DNA from: Candidatus Culexarchaeum nevadense
Lineage (GTDB): Archaea; Thermoproteota; Methanomethylicia; Culexarchaeales; Culexarchaeaceae
Direction of reading: 5' to 3'
NCBI GenBank assembly: GCA_025060975.1
Contig: JANZKA010000004.1
Coordinates: 1 to 62,595 of the forward strand
DNA: 62,595 nucleotides
The translations under genes and the position numbers were made by a program. The notes under the pieces were generated by a model, which had not been told where the DNA came from, did not search any database, and was given only the letters and a program-made list of their open reading frames with translations. Of the stretch, positions 39,412 to 48,805 are shown piece after piece. Every line of letters begins with the position of its first letter. The first letter of the stretch is position 1.

Positions 39412-40254
39412 TTAAAAATTTAAGTTAAATTGATCATATAAAAGTGAAGCTATCATATACAACTCATTAAGGTCTAACTCTACAACTCTTTTCTCCATAA
39501 ATGGTATTTTACACACAATATCGTTATGCATTTTTTCAGGAACGTTTTTAAACCTAAAATACACATCTAAAGCGTTTTTAAGCTTTTTATTCTTACAAGT
39601 AAAAATAATTCTAACAAAGTCGAGAAAGAATAAAATCAAATTATTTTGAAGAAATGTCTTTTTGGGGATTAATCTTATTAGGGAAACATCAACTTCAGGT
39701 TGCGGATAAAAACATCTTCTAGATACATTTCCGAGAAAATCTATTTGGAAGAAGAAATTTGAAGTTACACTCAACCTACCATAATCTTTAGAGCCAGGTT
39801 GAGCCAACATTCTATCTACAAACTCTTTCTGCAAAGTTAGAACAGCCAATTTGAAGTTTATCTCCTGAGCCATTTTAAAGAGCAAAGGTGAAGATATGTT
39901 AAATGGTACGTTAGAAACTATTTTATCAACATTGTTAATGTTTAGTTTCAAGACATCAGCATGAATAACATTTACATTTTCAAAATCTTTTAACAGAAAT
40001 TTAAGGATATTTATAAGTTTGGCGTCGATTTCAACGGCTATAACCTTTCGAGCTCTTTCAGCTATTTTCCTGGTTAAAAAGCCAAGGCCTGCTCCAATTT
40101 CTAGGACAATATCATCACTTCCAATATTTGCTGAATCAACCATTTTTGAGATCAAAGAATTACATACTACGAAATTTTGCCCCAATCTTCTTTTAGGCTT
40201 AATATTATATTGTTTTAATAAGTGCTTAACTTCCATTAAAAGACTCATAACCAT
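39412..40254 (-). CDS. rsmA: 16S rRNA adenine dimethyltransferase KsgA/Dim1
   Basis: LGQNF, LEIGAGLG, VSNVPFNISS, YGRLSV. Confidence 0.96.
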   Translation of the reverse strand: MVMSLLMEVKHLLKQYNIKPKRRLGQNFVVCNSLISKMVDSANIGSDDIVLEIGAGLGFLTRKIAERARKVIAVEIDAKLINILKFLLKDFENVNVIHADVLKLNINNVDKIVSNVPFNISSPLLFKMAQEINFKLAVLTLQKEFVDRMLAQPGSKDYGRLSVTSNFFFQIDFLGNVSRRCFYPQPEVDVSLIRLIPKKTFLQNNLILFFLDFVRIIFTCKNKKLKNALDVYFRFKNVPEKMHNDIVCKIPFMEKRVVELDLNELYMIASLLYDQFNLNF

Positions 40255-40829
40255 TAACCTTTCACAAACAGCCGATACTTGTCTTCTCCCATTAATTCGG
40301 AGAGTATACGTTTAATAACTAACTTCTTTGGATCAGAGATTTTAGCTCTTAAACGAATATCTTCAAAACTCTCAAATGGTTTAATCTTTCTTTCTTCCAA
40401 AATTATCCATAAGTGTTTTTTACCTATTCCTGGTAGTAATTCAAGTGAATGCATCCTCGTAGTTAAAGCTCCAGCTGTATTGAAGAAATTTACAAACTTC
40501 TTTTCTTGTTGCGTTACGATAACATCAAGCACATGTAATAACTCATCTTTAGCAGTAACCGTTAATTCATTGTATGTTATTTTACGTTTGATTCGTAGTA
40601 CTTTATCTCTAATGCCTTTACCTATGTATAAAAGCTCCCTAGGAGAGACAGACACATTAGGTCTTATAACAACTTCTAGTAGCACAAAATATTCCACTCC
40701 TATAACTTGCGCTATTGGTTCACTTTTAAAAAGAGTTTTTTCGGTAAGTGGATGACCGTATGGTAGGAAATCAAGTACATAAGCATAATTTTCATAAAAA
40801 CTATTAGCTTTACCTCTGAAAGAGGACAT
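40254..40829 (-). CDS. DUF655 family RNA-binding protein
   Basis: YVLDFLP.G, FFNTA..LTTRMHSLELLPGIGKK; conserved between rpo4 and ksgA. Confidence 0.9.
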   Translation of the reverse strand: MSSFRGKANSFYENYAYVLDFLPYGHPLTEKTLFKSEPIAQVIGVEYFVLLEVVIRPNVSVSPRELLYIGKGIRDKVLRIKRKITYNELTVTAKDELLHVLDVIVTQQEKKFVNFFNTAGALTTRMHSLELLPGIGKKHLWIILEERKIKPFESFEDIRLRAKISDPKKLVIKRILSELMGEDKYRLFVKG

Positions 40830-40868
40830 AAAAGAACACCTAATAAATTGAAAACTAACATGAGGATT

Positions 40869-41210
40869 TTAACAAAAACTTTTTATAACTTCTAATATTT
40901 TTTGCAATTCTGAAGTCAATAGAACCCTACCCTCAGTTATAGTAAGAATTCTTAACTCCTCTATGGTTTTCGGTAGAATATTAGCTATTTGAACTGCGGA
41001 AAAGCGTGACAATTTGAATTCATCCACTAACTTTTTAATTAAATCTTCAGCTTTTTGTGAATCTATTTTAGCTATTTTTGAGGATACATCTAATGTAAGA
41101 TTTTGCAGTGTGGAAATATCTCCACTCTCCCTTCTCTTTTTCAATAGATCTTTTACCACTGCATATGGCACTTCAATTTTTTCAGAAATAATTCTTGGAA
41201 TAGAAACCAC
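40869..41210 (-). CDS. rpoF: RNA polymerase subunit Rpo4 (RpoF); real start possibly ATT at 41201
   Basis: AVQIANILPKTIEELRIL HRDC-like motif; rpl21e-rpo4-DUF655-ksgA synteny. Confidence 0.92.
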   Translation of the reverse strand: MVSIPRIISEKIEVPYAVVKDLLKKRRESGDISTLQNLTLDVSSKIAKIDSQKAEDLIKKLVDEFKLSRFSAVQIANILPKTIEELRILTITEGRVLLTSELQKILEVIKSFC

Positions 41211-41226
41211 CTCAAACTCAAAAGTT

Positions 41227-41523
41227 TTAAGTGATTAGTGGCCTAATGTGTTGTGGCCTAACGATCAATGTTTTTTCCTTATCTCCAAGATTGACTTTAA
41301 TTACGTATGCTTTACCCCTGCGACCAATAATCGTTCCCACTTTTCCATGATAACGTCTATGCGGCATACCTTTATGGACGCTTGGATCAATGACTATGGA
41401 AACCTTATCACCCTCCCTATATGGGTAAATTATTCTACTTAATGGTGCTAAACCCTTTTCTCTCACATCCTTACGTAGTAATTTCCGGGTTCTACTTCTA
41501 TATCCGACAGAGTGTTTCACCAA
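41227..41523 (-). CDS. rpl21e: 50S ribosomal protein L21e
   Basis: MVKHSVGYRSRTRKLL, KGMPHRRYHGKVG, RPQHI. Confidence 0.97.
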   Translation of the reverse strand: MVKHSVGYRSRTRKLLRKDVREKGLAPLSRIIYPYREGDKVSIVIDPSVHKGMPHRRYHGKVGTIIGRRGKAYVIKVNLGDKEKTLIVRPQHIRPLIT

Positions 41524-41598
41524 TTCCTTCACCTAAACAACAATTTTACAATAGTTTATTTTTGTGGGGTAATTAATAAATATTCCACTACATTCCTC

Positions 41599-42945
41599 CT
41601 ATACTTCTTCAGACACGAAAATAACTGATAACTCAATACATTTAGCGTTGAGTTGTAATATTTGAGAGAAGTTAGGTATTGTCCTATTGTTATCTCCACT
41701 TATGAGCTCCTTCACATATAATCCACCTTGACATTCTATGATGGCTTTAAATCTTCGGGAATCTATAAGTTCAGTTTTAACAGAATAGACTTTTTTTACC
41801 CTAATCTTATTAGCTCTTCTATGTAGGACACGTAGTGGTGTATACTGCTTGACTTCTCTATTAGAGAAATATTCCTCTAACTTTTTAAGCGAACTTTCAT
41901 CTACCTCGCCATCAACCTCAATTAAAGCTTGATAAACTTTTCTGGAAAATGCTGATAAACCTTTAAGTTTCCTTACTTCTTTCCTGTTGGAAAAACGAAT
42001 CAACTTTACTTCTACCATACCTCTAGCGTTATCATTAATTGCCCTCTCTAAGTAGGCTAAGTCTACAGTTCTATGCTTAGGATCCTTTATTTCAACAATA
42101 AATGGCCTCCCATTACCAAGAGTTAAGGTGTCGATATCTTCCCTCCCTGCACCATGAAAAATACCTTTAACACCATTAGTAGCATTAAGAATAGGACCTA
42201 TAATCAATTCAGAAATGGAAGTACTGTAGCGTTTACCAGTATAATTACATTGAGGACACCCCTTACCCCAACAATTACTACAAAACCACGTTGTCTGTGG
42301 AATACCCTTCATGAGTTTTTTATATCGACCATAAATGAAGAGAGGTTTTGGATTTATTGAGACATTAAAGTTTTCAATGTCTACTATAATAACTATATCA
42401 GGGTCATCAAATGACGCTTTCTTCCCGATGATAACTTGTAATTTCTTACCAATTAACCGATTAAGTTCGGATTTAATTGATTCACCAACATCTATGCTTA
42501 GATGCGATCTAACAACATCCTCCCTTTCTAAGAAGGCTGCTGGTATTTTGGTGCCTATGAGAAAGGTATTAAAATCATATTCATTAAGTATGGGTAAAAT
42601 CCTCTTCACATATTCATCTAAATTTTCAAATACGTTTCTACATATGAAACATTCCTTTACGCTCTGAAAATCACACCCAATATGTTTCAACAAATCTTGT
42701 GCCGGTTTAAAGAAACCATTACTAGCCAGTATTCTTAAGTTGTTTATGGCTAAATCTTTAGATTCATCATCTTTTAACATCAAATGTGAAAACATTGTTA
42801 ATAATAATTTCATTGAATATCCCCTCTCGCTATTATCCACCCCCTTACCTAGTCGTGCGAAAAGTCTTCCAAGGCAATGATCGCAAAGCGGAAATTCCTT
42901 TAAAATACTCATAACGTTATCTAGAATCTTAGTGTTAATCATCAC
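41599..42945 (-). CDS. pus10: tRNA pseudouridine(54/55) synthase Pus10
   Basis: LCDHCLGR, GRYKKL..GIPQT, GAGREDID, GGLYVKELISGD. Confidence 0.96.
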   Translation of the reverse strand: MMINTKILDNVMSILKEFPLCDHCLGRLFARLGKGVDNSERGYSMKLLLTMFSHLMLKDDESKDLAINNLRILASNGFFKPAQDLLKHIGCDFQSVKECFICRNVFENLDEYVKRILPILNEYDFNTFLIGTKIPAAFLEREDVVRSHLSIDVGESIKSELNRLIGKKLQVIIGKKASFDDPDIVIIVDIENFNVSINPKPLFIYGRYKKLMKGIPQTTWFCSNCWGKGCPQCNYTGKRYSTSISELIIGPILNATNGVKGIFHGAGREDIDTLTLGNGRPFIVEIKDPKHRTVDLAYLERAINDNARGMVEVKLIRFSNRKEVRKLKGLSAFSRKVYQALIEVDGEVDESSLKKLEEYFSNREVKQYTPLRVLHRRANKIRVKKVYSVKTELIDSRRFKAIIECQGGLYVKELISGDNNRTIPNFSQILQLNAKCIELSVIFVSEEV

Positions 42946-43498
42946 ACTTCACCTCTTGTTTATCTAAATAGTTACTTAATATCGTCAATAAGGCACCAGG
43001 CAATTTATACTTTGAGGCAATTTTAATAGGTTTTGCATTTAACTTGATTAATAATTGTAATACATTAGAATCAACAAATGGATAAAAAATTATGAACTTA
43101 AAATGTTTAGGAAAATGAACTTTATCAATCCATATACCTTTATCATCGTTGAAGAATATGTTACTCGAATTTCTGATCAAATTTGAAAGATCCACTTTAC
43201 TATACGAGACGCCAGGAGTTAAGACAGTTTCTCCCCTAAATCCCCTGTACCTAAAATTTAAGGACAAAACTTTACGGAAGAAACCAATGGTGGATTGCAT
43301 ATCGGGACGCAGATTTCTTAATCTATCTGAATTAAATACTACACATAATGGATCATTGAAATGTAACATCAACTTTACATGGGATCTTATACCGTGTGAA
43401 ACTAATAATGCAGAATACACACTTGAAGAAACAATATATGGAAATTTGTTTATCATATTGCTTAAAGTATCATAGAATTTCACTATGAAAACCCTTAT
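42935..43498 (-). CDS. Divergent TrmY-like SPOUT protein; probable ATA start
   Basis: (I)RVFIVKF N-terminus, ALLVSHGIR, LRPD, TPGV, C-terminal LTILSNYLD; adjacent to pus10; knot motif degenerate. First canonical start is GTG 43483. Confidence 0.65.
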   Translation of the reverse strand: MRVFIVKFYDTLSNMINKFPYIVSSSVYSALLVSHGIRSHVKLMLHFNDPLCVVFNSDRLRNLRPDMQSTIGFFRKVLSLNFRYRGFRGETVLTPGVSYSKVDLSNLIRNSSNIFFNDDKGIWIDKVHFPKHFKFIIFYPFVDSNVLQLLIKLNAKPIKIASKYKLPGALLTILSNYLDKQEVKCDD

Positions 43499-43500
43499 AG

Positions 43501-44838
43501 TTAAACCCCTGTAAATCCCTTTAATTTACCAAACAATTTAGTTTTTCTCTTAAACATCTTCATCATTTTTTTCATGTTCTTGTATTGTTCTAAAAGTTCT
43601 TGAACATCCCGTATAGAAGTACCAGATCCCATCGCTATCCTACGCATCCTTGAACGATCAATGATTTCAGGTTTTTCACGTTCTTCCTTAGTCATAGACT
43701 CTATTATAGCGGAATATCGCTTTATCTTGACCTTTGACAATTCTTGAAACTCGTCTGGAAGTGATAATGAAAACCCTGGAATTAATTGAATTAACTTATT
43801 TAATGGACCCATTTTAGAGATAGATTTCAATTGGGTTAAGAGATCATCTAAAGTAAATTTTCCAGATAAGAATCGGTTCGCATCTTCCTCAGTTGGTTTA
43901 TATTCTGCTAATTTAAATTTCTCAATTAATGATTCTAAATCTCCAAGACCAAGTATTCTACCGACAAACCTCTTTGGATTAAATGTTTCAATTTCATCTA
44001 TTTTCTCGCCAACACCAATAAACTTTATTGGCACACCAGTAACTGCAACCGCAGATAATGCCCCACCACCTCTCGCAGAACCATCCAATTTTGTTAAAAA
44101 TATAGACCCTATTTTTGTGTTTTCATGAAAAACTTTTGCCTGAATGTAAGCTTGCTGACCAATAGTGGCATCAACTATGAGCATTATTTCATCAGGCTTA
44201 ATTTTTTCAGCAATTTCACGCATCTCATTCATTAAGCTCTTCTCTTCCTTATGTCTACCAGCAGTATCGACAATTATGATTTCAAAACCCTCGTTAACGA
44301 ATTTCTTCACACCATTAACAGCTATTTGAACACTACTGGTTGCATCTCTTTCCCCGTAAACTGGAACTCCTATCTTTTCACCAAGCTGTCTTAATTGATC
44401 AAATGCTCCAGGGCGATAATTATCAGCGCAAACCAATGCAACTTTATAATTTAACCTCTTATAGTAGAAAGCCAATTTAGCAGCAGAAGTCGTTTTGCCA
44501 GAACCCTGAATACCTACGAGCATTATCACATATGGTTTTTTATTAGGTAGCTTAACTTTATCATAAACATCTCCACCTAGAATCTTCACCAATTCTTCAT
44601 AAACGATCTTTAATAATAGTTCTCTTTTAGAGAATCCTTGAGGAATCTTCTCCTCTCTAAGTCTTTTCTCAATATTTTGAGAAATTTGTAAAACTAAATT
44701 TACATTTACATCTGCTTGAAGGAGAGCTCTTTGAATATCTCGTATGAACTCCTTTATGGTTTTTTCATCAACTAAAGGAGCTCTCAATATTTTCCTTACG
44801 GTTTCGCTTAAAGCTTTGCTTAAAGACTCAAGTACCAT
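43501..44838 (-). CDS. srp54: Signal recognition particle protein SRP54
   Basis: ALLQADVN, GIQGSGKTT, DTAGRH, TKLDG, M-domain SMTKEER. Confidence 0.98.
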   Translation of the reverse strand: MVLESLSKALSETVRKILRAPLVDEKTIKEFIRDIQRALLQADVNVNLVLQISQNIEKRLREEKIPQGFSKRELLLKIVYEELVKILGGDVYDKVKLPNKKPYVIMLVGIQGSGKTTSAAKLAFYYKRLNYKVALVCADNYRPGAFDQLRQLGEKIGVPVYGERDATSSVQIAVNGVKKFVNEGFEIIIVDTAGRHKEEKSLMNEMREIAEKIKPDEIMLIVDATIGQQAYIQAKVFHENTKIGSIFLTKLDGSARGGGALSAVAVTGVPIKFIGVGEKIDEIETFNPKRFVGRILGLGDLESLIEKFKLAEYKPTEEDANRFLSGKFTLDDLLTQLKSISKMGPLNKLIQLIPGFSLSLPDEFQELSKVKIKRYSAIIESMTKEEREKPEIIDRSRMRRIAMGSGTSIRDVQELLEQYKNMKKMMKMFKRKTKLFGKLKGFTGV

Positions 44839-44943
44839 ATAGTTACCTCATGAATAAAGTTTCAATTACTTAAATAAATGTATTGTAAACATTTATATAC
44901 ATTTTTTATACTTGTATCGCTAATTTCACTTTGGTGAGAAACA

Positions 44944-45615
44944 ACGTTAATAGCATTATTTAGTGGCGGGAAAGATTCTACTTTATCAATATATTATGCT
45001 TTAAGTCAAGGATGGATTGTAAAATATTTAATAGTTATAGAACCAAAAGAGAATTCAATGTATTGGCATTACCCAAATATTGAATGGACAGAAATACAAG
45101 CAAAGGCCATGGGGATACCACTAATAAAGGTATGCGATGAGGGGTACGAGGGGATAGGAAAACTAGAGGAAACACTGAAAGAACTAAAAAGGAGAGATAA
45201 AATAATTGGCATCCTATCAGGAGTTATTTATTCCGATTTTCAAATAAAAGTTCTAATTAAAATGTGTAGGAGAACGGGTTTAAAATTAATTACACCATTA
45301 TGGATGAAATGTCCATTAATGATACTAGAAAAAATTGTAAAATGTGGAATACGGGCAATAATAGTTTCAGTTGCCGCTCAAGGATTAGATGAGGAATGGC
45401 TTGGAATGGAGATAACCTATGATACTATTAGTAAATTAATTGTAAAAAATAAAAAGTATGGTGTAAGTTTATGTGGAGAGGGAGGAGAATATGAAACATT
45501 TGTTTATGATGCTCCATTCTTCAAAAAGAGAGTAAAAATAAACGAGTATGAAAAAGTATGGATGAAAGATAGCGGAATTTTAAAGATAAAAAATGCAGAA
45601 TTAGTTGGAAAGTAG
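44944..45615 (+). CDS. Diphthine-ammonia ligase / PP-loop ATPase (Dph6 family); probable ACG start or near-start frameshift
   Basis: In-frame LIALFSGGKDS lies upstream of the ORF-track ATG; QAKAMGIP, PLW, CGEGGEYETFV.DAP.F. Confidence 0.9.
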   Translation, partial: TLIALFSGGKDSTLSIYYALSQGWIVKYLIVIEPKENSMYWHYPNIEWTEIQAKAMGIPLIKVCDEGYEGIGKLEETLKELKRRDKIIGILSGVIYSDFQIKVLIKMCRRTGLKLITPLWMKCPLMILEKIVKCGIRAIIVSVAAQGLDEEWLGMEITYDTISKLIVKNKKYGVSLCGEGGEYETFVYDAPFFKKRVKINEYEKVWMKDSGILKIKNAELVGK

Positions 45616-46908
45616 ATCAAAGTACGCTTTTTCAACTTTTTCATAAATTTCGCGTTCGTCTAATCTTGTAAGAGCCCCGTTAAAAAGAACTATTTCGCCA
45701 TCTATAATGACATGTAATACGTTATGAGGAGAATTTGAGTAAACAATATGGGAAATTAGAGTGTTTTCAGATAAAGGATGCATATTTGGTGCAAAAGAAT
45801 TCAAAACGATTATATCTGCAGGAGCATTTTCAACAATTTTCCCTAATGAGTTTATCTTATTTGTTGCAAGTGCACCATTCACAGTTCCAAAATCAAGGAC
45901 AAGTTTAGCTGAAGTTAATGAAGGATCAAAAGAACTATGTTTATGTATTAATGCACAAAACTTCATAACCTCAAACATATTCAAGGAATTATTACTTGCA
46001 GCACTGTCGGTTCCTAAGCTTACTATGACATTATTGGCTAAACATTCACGTAAAGGTAAAACTCCACCCACTGCCAACTTCATGTTTGAAATTGGACAAT
46101 GAGATATCTTTACGTTGTTTTCTCCTAGAAGTCTAATCTCACGTTTACTAACCCATACACAATGGGCAGCAATGACATTGGAAGATAAGAAGCCAATATC
46201 ATTTAAATATTCAATTTCACGTTTACCATACTTCTCTTCAAACACTGCTTGCTCCTCCATAGTTTCAGCTAAATGAATATGAACTAATCGCTTATCTTTT
46301 TCAGCTATATCCTTACATTTCATCAACAATTCATTGGAGCATGTATAAGGAGCATGAGGCCCAATTGCACCAATTATTTTAGGTTCGTATAGTCTTACTT
46401 CATGTAAAAAAGTATTGATTTCATTAATCATTTTGTCTCTCAAATAGGAGTCATTAAAGTCAAAAACCCCTATGGAAACTATCGCCTTTAACCCTGTTTC
46501 AGCAGCAGCTTTTACAGTCATCATGGGATTGAAATACATATCCAGAAACAATGTTACACCATTTTTAATCATCTCAATACATGAAAGTAAGGCACCAACA
46601 TAGCATTGTTCTGGTGTTAGCTTTCTTTCAAGAGGCCATATTTTATCTTTAAGCCATGTTTCTAATGGAAGATCATCGGCATAACCTCTGAATAAAGACA
46701 TCGCAGCATGAGTATGTGTGTTAATTAATCCAGGCATACATATTTTATCTTCACAATCAAGCACATATTCCGCTTCCACATCTATTTTCTCTGAAATCTG
46801 AGAGATCCTGCCATCCTCAATTAGAATAGAATGATTTTTTAATATTTTGCCATTATCTTGCGTGATAATAAATCTACAATTATCTAATTTTATACTATGA
46901 GTCACCAA
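45601..46908 (-). CDS. mtaD: Amidohydrolase, MTA/SAH deaminase-like
   Basis: PGLINTHTH, GPHAPYTC, HIHLAET, AAHCV, LGTDSAASNN. Confidence 0.85.
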   Translation of the reverse strand: MVTHSIKLDNCRFIITQDNGKILKNHSILIEDGRISQISEKIDVEAEYVLDCEDKICMPGLINTHTHAAMSLFRGYADDLPLETWLKDKIWPLERKLTPEQCYVGALLSCIEMIKNGVTLFLDMYFNPMMTVKAAAETGLKAIVSIGVFDFNDSYLRDKMINEINTFLHEVRLYEPKIIGAIGPHAPYTCSNELLMKCKDIAEKDKRLVHIHLAETMEEQAVFEEKYGKREIEYLNDIGFLSSNVIAAHCVWVSKREIRLLGENNVKISHCPISNMKLAVGGVLPLRECLANNVIVSLGTDSAASNNSLNMFEVMKFCALIHKHSSFDPSLTSAKLVLDFGTVNGALATNKINSLGKIVENAPADIIVLNSFAPNMHPLSENTLISHIVYSNSPHNVLHVIIDGEIVLFNGALTRLDEREIYEKVEKAYFDLLSN

Positions 46909-46934
46909 TTAGACACCCTTGTAACCCAGCTTTT

Positions 46935-47327
46935 TCACTTCACTCTCATAATCTTCCTTCTACCTAAAATCTCCCAGTATTCAACTTCGACTCCGGGAGC
47001 GAGTTTCTTTTTCAATTCTGGTTCTTCTGGAGGAGTCGCATCAAATATTTCATAAGTTGACATATCCATTACTTGCAAGGATGTAGGGGTTACAGAAATT
47101 ACCTGTCCAACTTTTTTCTCAATAATTGGCACCTCAACTTGAGCATCAACTGGTCCAACGTACGTTCTTTTCTTTCCATCGAAAACTCCGATAGCAACTA
47201 TTCTCACCTTTGCAGAACCATGTTTCCCAGCTTTGGATTTGTCTATATCGACAACTCTGCATGGCTCATCGTCAATAACTATGAAAGATCCTATTTTTAG
47301 TGATCCCGCACTTTCTGGTCTTTTCAA
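46935..47327 (-). CDS. eif5a: Translation factor aIF-5A
   Basis: Hypusine motif [12 protein letters not shown]; TTG start after GAGGTG. Confidence 0.97.
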   Translation of the reverse strand: MKRPESAGSLKIGSFIVIDDEPCRVVDIDKSKAGKHGSAKVRIVAIGVFDGKKRTYVGPVDAQVEVPIIEKKVGQVISVTPTSLQVMDMSTYEIFDATPPEEPELKKKLAPGVEVEYWEILGRRKIMRVK

Positions 47328-47413
47328 AGTATACACCTCAAAACTATTCAATTATTTATTCCTTAAAAACATTTACATTTATATTTGGCATTCAATTACT
47401 AATTTGAGAAAGA

Positions 47414-48298
47414 ATGAAAAAATGGAGTAAAGTTTTGTTAGCATCTCGGGTGGATTCAGAAAAAGCCATCAATATCGCTAGAAAAGTATATGAGATGTTA
47501 TCATCAGAAGGTATTGAAACTTTAATTGAGAGAGAACTTTCATGGAAGCTAAACATGGATAAAGGGGTTTGCATTAAATATGCTGATATAGAAGCCGTAA
47601 TAGTGATTGGAGGTGACGGAACAATATTAAAGATTGCAAATGATGTGAAAGAAAAAGGGACACCAATACTAGCAATAAATGCGGGGACCATAGGATTCTT
47701 GGCGGAATTGGATTCCGATGAAGTAGAAAAGATAAAAGACGTTATAAGGGGAGAATACTTTTTGAAAGAATGTACTAGAATAAAGGTTTCCATAAAGGAA
47801 CTACCAGTAAAGTATCAACTAATTGAGAAAATCGAAGAAAACACTTATCCAGTAAATGATGCATTGAATGAAATAGCTATTATAACCAGCATACCATCAA
47901 AAGTAGTGAATTTGACCGTGAGAAAAAATGGGGAAGAAATACTAAATGGGAGGGGGGATGGCCTGATAATATCAACCACTACTGGGTCTACGGCATATTC
48001 CCTCTCCGCAGGGGGACCAGTAGTAGATCCAGAACTGGATGTTTTTATAATAACACCACTTTCACCTTTAAAGCTTATTCAGAGATCGATAATTGTCCCC
48101 ACGAATTCAAAAATAGAAGTAAAGATCTGTGAGGATGGCGCAGATGCACTCGTAGCAATTGATGGAAGAAGTTATGTACATGTGCCTGCTGGAACGAAAT
48201 TGCTACTTGAAAAAAGCGAATTCACAACAAAGTTTGTGCAGTTAAAGGAAAAAAAGTTTTATGAAAAATTTAAAAAAAGAGTTTCGAGGGAATTATGA
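47414..48298 (+). CDS. nadK: NAD kinase
   Basis: IGGDGTIL, GFL, ALNE, DGLIISTTTGSTAYSLSAGGP. Confidence 0.95.
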   Translation: MKKWSKVLLASRVDSEKAINIARKVYEMLSSEGIETLIERELSWKLNMDKGVCIKYADIEAVIVIGGDGTILKIANDVKEKGTPILAINAGTIGFLAELDSDEVEKIKDVIRGEYFLKECTRIKVSIKELPVKYQLIEKIEENTYPVNDALNEIAIITSIPSKVVNLTVRKNGEEILNGRGDGLIISTTTGSTAYSLSAGGPVVDPELDVFIITPLSPLKLIQRSIIVPTNSKIEVKICEDGADALVAIDGRSYVHVPAGTKLLLEKSEFTTKFVQLKEKKFYEKFKKRVSREL

Positions 48299-48301
48299 TA
48301 T

Positions 48302-48805
48302 ATGAAAAGGGTACTTGTTTTAGATTCTTCAGCAATAATGAACGGTTACAATCCATTACTAGTAACGAACTATAGGCAGATAATAACAGTTGATGCTCTA
48401 AATGAGATATTAAAAGATGAGGAAAGAAGTCTTGTAGAATACGCCATTGAAATTAAGAGACTTGAAAAAGCAGCACCTAAACCAGCAACGATTATGAAGG
48501 TAGAAGAAGTTGCAAGGAAAACTAATGATAGAAAGTATCTCTCTAATAGCGATATTTCAACCCTAGCACTAGCATTAGATCTTATTGAAGAAGGATGTAA
48601 ACCAGTGGTATTAACTGATGATTTCTCAATGCAAAATGTAGCAAAAGTTTTGGGAATAGAATATGCACCAATAGCTACACAAGGTATTAGAAGAGTGATT
48701 AACTGGAAGCTGTATTGTCCAGCATGTGGAAGAAAATATAATAATGAAAATGTAAATGAATGCAAAATATGTGGAACAAAATTAAAAAGGAAACCTAAAC
48801 TTTGA
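48302..48805 (+). CDS. nob1: Nob1 PIN-domain endonuclease with Zn ribbon
   Basis: VLDSSA, LSNSDI..LALA, LTDDFSMQNVA, CPAC...CKICG. Confidence 0.93.
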   Translation: MKRVLVLDSSAIMNGYNPLLVTNYRQIITVDALNEILKDEERSLVEYAIEIKRLEKAAPKPATIMKVEEVARKTNDRKYLSNSDISTLALALDLIEEGCKPVVLTDDFSMQNVAKVLGIEYAPIATQGIRRVINWKLYCPACGRKYNNENVNECKICGTKLKRKPKL

